Below, piece after piece: positions 62,380-64,000 of a stretch of 64,000 bases of DNA. This stretch comes from an uncultured virus (IMG/VR IMGVR_UViG_3300030673_000007). Taxonomy: Duplodnaviria > Heunggongvirae > Uroviricota > Caudoviricetes. Location of the stretch: IMG/VR virus record IMGVR_UViG_3300030673_000007, one strand, 5' to 3'. Position 1 is the first letter of the stretch. Each line of letters starts with the position of its first letter. The position numbers and the translations under genes were made by a program. The notes beneath the pieces are model-generated. The model did no database searches, was not told the origin of the DNA, and was given only the letters and a program-made list of their open reading frames with translations.

Positions 62380-63717
62380 TCAGTAGGTGTAGACCACCAT
62401 GTAGCCCGTTCCCCCGGCTCCACCGTTGCCTCCGAGGCCCGGGTTCATCCCGACGCCGCCACCGCCCCCACCTCCACCACCGAGCCCACCATTGCCGCCG
62501 TTACCTCCAGCAGCGCTTGCGAACTGGGTGACGCCACCGCCACCACCCCCGCACCCACCCTGCATGGTGTTGGCAGCAGCTCCAGCGGTTCCGGCTCCAG
62601 CAGACCCTGTGGTCGAGTCCGTGCCGACAGCGCCACCGTTGCCTGCCGTGTACGTCCCGGACTTCCCTCCGTTGCCTCCGGCGATGTTGGTGGTCGTGGC
62701 CGAGTGGGATCCTCCTGCGCCACCCCCGGATCCGCCCTTCAGGGAAGACCCTCCGTGGCTGCTGGCCACCGGGGTGGCCGCGATGCCTGCGCCTCCGGCA
62801 CCTCCGAACTCTGCGTTGGCTGTGGTTGCCACAGCTGCGGTGCCCGTAACTCCTGCGCCGCCTGCGCCGTTGGTGCCTGCCGTGGGAACACCTCCGGACC
62901 CTCCCGAGGTAGACCCGACGCTGCCCTGACCGCCTGCACCACCCCCACCGCCGCCACCTGTGACGACAGCCGTGATCGCTCCACCGTTGCCACCCCCGCC
63001 GCCGTATGCGGTCACGTAGGACCCGAAGGTCGTGTTGCCGCCAGCGCCTCCGTTACCACCAGCTGCACCAGCTGCACCACGGGCTCCAGCAGTGCCTGCG
63101 GTGCCGAGCCCAACAGCCACAGTGGAGGAAAGCTCAGAGGCAGCCATGACCCTGTGGACGCAACATCCTCCTCCTCCGCCGCCGCCACCCTTGGCAACGA
63201 CCGCAGTGGCCAGAGAAGCTCCTGCACCACCGCCACCACCGCCGCCGATGGCCTCCACGATCACGACCTTGGGGGTGAAGGAGGTCGGCATGGTCCACGT
63301 TCCACCCACGGTGAAGATCTGGACGTCGGCGTTGCCCAAGCCACCTGCGGAGAGAGGAATGCCTGCCGAGTTCGAGTGGGAGACGCCGACACCGTCCATG
63401 AACGCCATGCGCTCACCGGCAGCGAGGAGGGTGTTCTCGATGTCGTAGGAGGTCGCTCCGACCTTCTTGCGGATGGTGACCGAACTCGCAGTGGTGGCGT
63501 GCTTGTTGCTGATCGAGATCCACTTGATGGCTCGTGTGGTGGAGACATCCGGGGCGTCACAGATGGTGGTGGTGGTGGCGGTGTTGATGGCGATCTCGTG
63601 AGAGCCCGGGAGGGCTCCGGTGTCGGTGAGGTCCGCGTAGGTGACCACCACGTCGAGGGTGGCCGTCGAGCTGGTCACCAACTCCAGCAGCTGGTCGGTC
63701 GCAGAGAGAATGATCAC
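62380..63717 (-). CDS. Glycine-rich virion protein
   Basis: IGGGGGGGAG and GGAGGNTTFG repeats; GYMVVYTY C-terminus. Confidence 0.8.
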   Translation of the reverse strand: MIILSATDQLLELVTSSTATLDVVVTYADLTDTGALPGSHEIAINTATTTTICDAPDVSTTRAIKWISISNKHATTASSVTIRKKVGATSYDIENTLLAAGERMAFMDGVGVSHSNSAGIPLSAGGLGNADVQIFTVGGTWTMPTSFTPKVVIVEAIGGGGGGGAGASLATAVVAKGGGGGGGGCCVHRVMAASELSSTVAVGLGTAGTAGARGAAGAAGGNGGAGGNTTFGSYVTAYGGGGGNGGAITAVVTGGGGGGGAGGQGSVGSTSGGSGGVPTAGTNGAGGAGVTGTAAVATTANAEFGGAGGAGIAATPVASSHGGSSLKGGSGGGAGGSHSATTTNIAGGNGGKSGTYTAGNGGAVGTDSTTGSAGAGTAGAAANTMQGGCGGGGGGVTQFASAAGGNGGNGGLGGGGGGGGGVGMNPGLGGNGGAGGTGYMVVYTY

Positions 63718-63721
63718 GGAA

Positions 63722-64000
63722 CTACACCCCTATCCACATGCGCGCCGCAACCTGCGGGGCGGTCAATCCAGCGGCTGGAGCATCGGCCCAGATGATGTCG
63801 AAGTCTCCGTCGCTGTTCTTGGTCAACACCTGCCCTGTCCCCCCAGCTATTGGGATCGGATGGGAGGCCGTGGAGAACGCTGTCCAGCTAACGTAGTCCT
63901 GATCTGGGGGAAGGTTCCCGGGCACTGATGATGCGACAGCACTCGTGCAGTACCAGAAGTCTGTGGCTCCGACGGAGTACCGGACCACCTTCCCGATGCT
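63722..64000 (-). CDS. 3' end of a virion fibre/decoration-like protein entering from the right
   Basis: GGTGQVLTKNS.GDFDIIW resembles a segment of the 1570-aa fibre. Confidence 0.6.
   Translation of the reverse strand, partial: SIGKVVRYSVGATDFWYCTSAVASSVPGNLPPDQDYVSWTAFSTASHPIPIAGGTGQVLTKNSDGDFDIIWADAPAAGLTAPQVAARMWIGV

Noticed and set aside
1..64000. Prophage or host chromosomal origin of recA, dnaB, orn and holA/holB-like genes
   Set aside because: They are divergent, tightly packed with phage genes and share the phage-specific promoter motifs; no integrase, att site or host synteny is seen.

Overview
This window is a 64 kb slice of a high-GC tailed phage genome, siphovirus-like, with an actinobacterial host inferred from codon usage and gene families. 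I found no integrase, tRNA, rRNA or CRISPR array. Almost all genes are on the minus strand. Layout: (1) about 1-18 kb holds short early genes, each small unit with its own sigma-A-type promoter, many leaderless. (2) About 18-42 kb holds NADAR, a MazG-like protein, the lysis genes, oligoribonuclease, RecA, a RuvC-like protein, SSB, a family A DNA polymerase, clamp-loader delta and delta-prime-like proteins, two different sigma factors, DnaB and an SNF2 helicase. (3) About 42-64 kb holds the tail and head-tail module, including a glycosyltransferase. The most notable signals are cis-regulatory. There are three distinct promoter classes whose positions fit a host sigma-A -> phage ECF-like sigma -> phage FliA/WhiG-like sigma cascade. 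A palindrome, TTTCNNGAAA, is spread across the whole window (26 perfect copies counted by eye, many inside genes). A strand-biased 11-mer, TCAGAATCWTC, occurs 12 times. All functional calls come from motif recognition by eye; no database searches were run.
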